In this document: piece after piece, positions 62,066 through 64,000 of the stretch
How positions within the stretch are numbered: position 1 is the first letter of the stretch
Layout: each line of letters opens with the position of its first letter
Origin: Tubulanus polymorphus
Taxonomy: Eukaryota; Animalia; Nemertea
Reading direction: 5' to 3'
Assembly (NCBI RefSeq): GCF_964204645.1
Contig: NC_134033.1
Span: 2,438,131 to 2,502,130, forward strand
Length of the DNA: 64,000 nt
Program-made: the position numbers and the translations under genes
Notes under the pieces: model-generated
The model's database searches: none
Told to the model about the DNA's origin: nothing
Seen by the model: only the letters and a program-made list of their open reading frames with translations

Positions 62066-63337
62066 TATACCTAACGCGATCTCTTCAATTTCGATGTGGT
62101 TAAAGATTTGCATAGTTTACGTTTAAGACACTCACTGATTCAAATTTGACCTGTAATTAGGGTATACAAATCAACGACTGACACAAGACTATGAACGTGT
62201 GCATGTTCTATGAACCATCCATAGGGTCAAGGCCAAGAGACAGAACAATATATACACAGCCTAATAAGGAAAACGACATCTCGAAAATTTCGGTTTCCAA
62301 GATGTTCATATTCTTAACAAAAGATTTCCAGAAATTTTCACGTTTTTGTTTCACATTTGTTCGCATCCCTGTTTTAGTGTAATGTCCACGGAAAATTCAC
62401 GTTATGAGACATTATTGAAAATCATCGGCAAGTTATGAGGCATTTATTAAAAATCATTGGCAAATTAAACCAATCCGATGAAGAAATCTCCATATTATTT
62501 TTTCTCTTGTGGAAAATAGATATTTTCTGATGCATTTAGAATGGATCTCGTTGAATAACGATAATAACGATAATTCTTTACTTATCACAATGAAAATAAT
62601 TATTATACATATATATTGAACTCTACAAAAGCATTTGATGATACCCGAGAAGCTACTCGAGTTTTTTTTTCAGTCAGTAGAAAAAGTACACGGCAGCAGG
62701 GTCCATGGGGCCAAGGTTTAAGCCCTAAATCGAATAGTAGTAGCGGGAACAATTTAGGGGCTCAAACCTTTTTTCCGCCGCGATTTCTCGGTTTTAGTTC
62801 GTGCTGATTATAAAAATCTAAAGAATTCAAACCATTTTGAAAATGTTTTTGGCCCCGAATTGCGGCCGCATATCACATATTTGCTCGTAGCTAGGCTCAA
62901 TGCCACCCTGTACACCGGTTCAATGCGTCTTCGTCGAGATATGACCGACACTTTGGTGATAATCTCATCTTCAAGCGGGCGCATGAGCGACCGAAATGGA
63001 AATCTAAAAAAAAAGACAAAAACAGAAAATTTGAATGAAAGTTTTGTACGAGTTTGAATTCATGTATAATTTGCACGTCGATGTCAAATAAAGTATTTCC
63101 GTATGCAATGTGTTCTGATTGGTCGATTGAAGTTAAGATATCTGAAATTCTGGCCAATCGGAGTGGTGTTTGCATACTGAAAACATAGCTCTGATTGGCC
63201 GATTAACTGATAAACGGGTTCGATGCTGATGGACTAGATGTGCGAGTTGAGATTTGACTCCTTATAGTAAACCTAATAATAATATCAAAAATGAATTAAT
63301 CTAAACTTGGAGTTAACTTAAACTCACAACCCTGGAC

Positions 63338-63441
63338 GCAGTTCCACATTGTGAGTTAGAGTTAACTCCTAGTTTGAATTAGTTCATTCTCAATGAGTTA
63401 ACTCCGAGTTAAATCTTCAACTCAGAACAGTGTAACTGGGA
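63338..63441. mobile_element. Small MITE (CAGTTCCACA termini); relative at 43718-43808
   Basis: CAGTTCCACATTGTGAGTTAGAG ... AACTCAGAACAGTGTAACTG. Confidence 0.55.
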
Positions 63442-63854
63442 CCTTGGGAATTGGATCCCGTGGTTACACAGATTGGACACATCAGATTTAATCAAGTTAC
63501 GAACCGGTTTCAGACTCGCTATTTAACTTACTACGGATTACGACAGTATAACTGCTGTACTCTGTGGATTCCATAAGGCTCTGGTTCAACTAGGGGCCTG
63601 TCAATCTTCAGCTTTAAACAGAATGAAATTGATTTTGAAAACAAAACTGTAACTGTGCAGTAGGTATGTTTAAAGGTCAGTGAATTCATTATTGTCGAGC
63701 CAACTTTGGAAACGATATGATGAAATAAGATAAGGTGAAATAAAATAATATACAGGCTGAGTCTCTTGACTGGGACATACCACGAGGTCTAAGAATACAA
63801 TTACAACTACTGAATAACTTCACAAACTCAGTGATATCACTGTAGAATTCGCCA

Positions 63855-64000
63855 CCATAAACCCCCTATGACGTAATCACTGCAACTATCCACCTCAATA
63901 AACCCCCTATGACCTCATCACTGTGACTATTCACCTCCATAAACCCCCTATGATGTCCACAACGTAACTATGCACCTCAATAAACCCCATATGATATCAT
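63855..64000. repeat. ~41-bp minisatellite running off the window end
   Basis: ATAAACCCCCTATGA...CACCTC(A/C) repeated. Confidence 0.8.

Overview
This is eukaryotic, intron-containing, AT-rich invertebrate DNA. A lophotrochozoan source is my inference from the gene families. It contains no CRISPR array, rRNA or convincing functional tRNA. Protein-coding content: six intronless rhodopsin-type GPCRs (FMRFamide-receptor-like, NFxxY variant in TM7), including one recent tandem pair; one two-exon neuropeptide-receptor-like GPCR with a tandem-repeat C-tail; an 8-exon type I membrane protein (signal peptide, ShKT, ShKT-like, 4x sushi, TM, Tyr-motif tail), reconstructed here from splice sites; a two-exon secreted plant/fungal-type polyamine oxidase; a three-exon secreted protein with repeated HGVLMHGD motifs; and partial exons at the window start. 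Non-coding content: several minimal hammerhead ribozyme motifs, four of them in long palindromes resembling Penelope-like element termini; a gene-poor 23-41 kb interval carrying inverted copies of a spliced, repeat-built, apparently non-coding transcription unit; two 3' LINE fragments; SINE-like and MITE elements; and many minisatellites. All calls come from reading the sequence by eye, and no searches were run.
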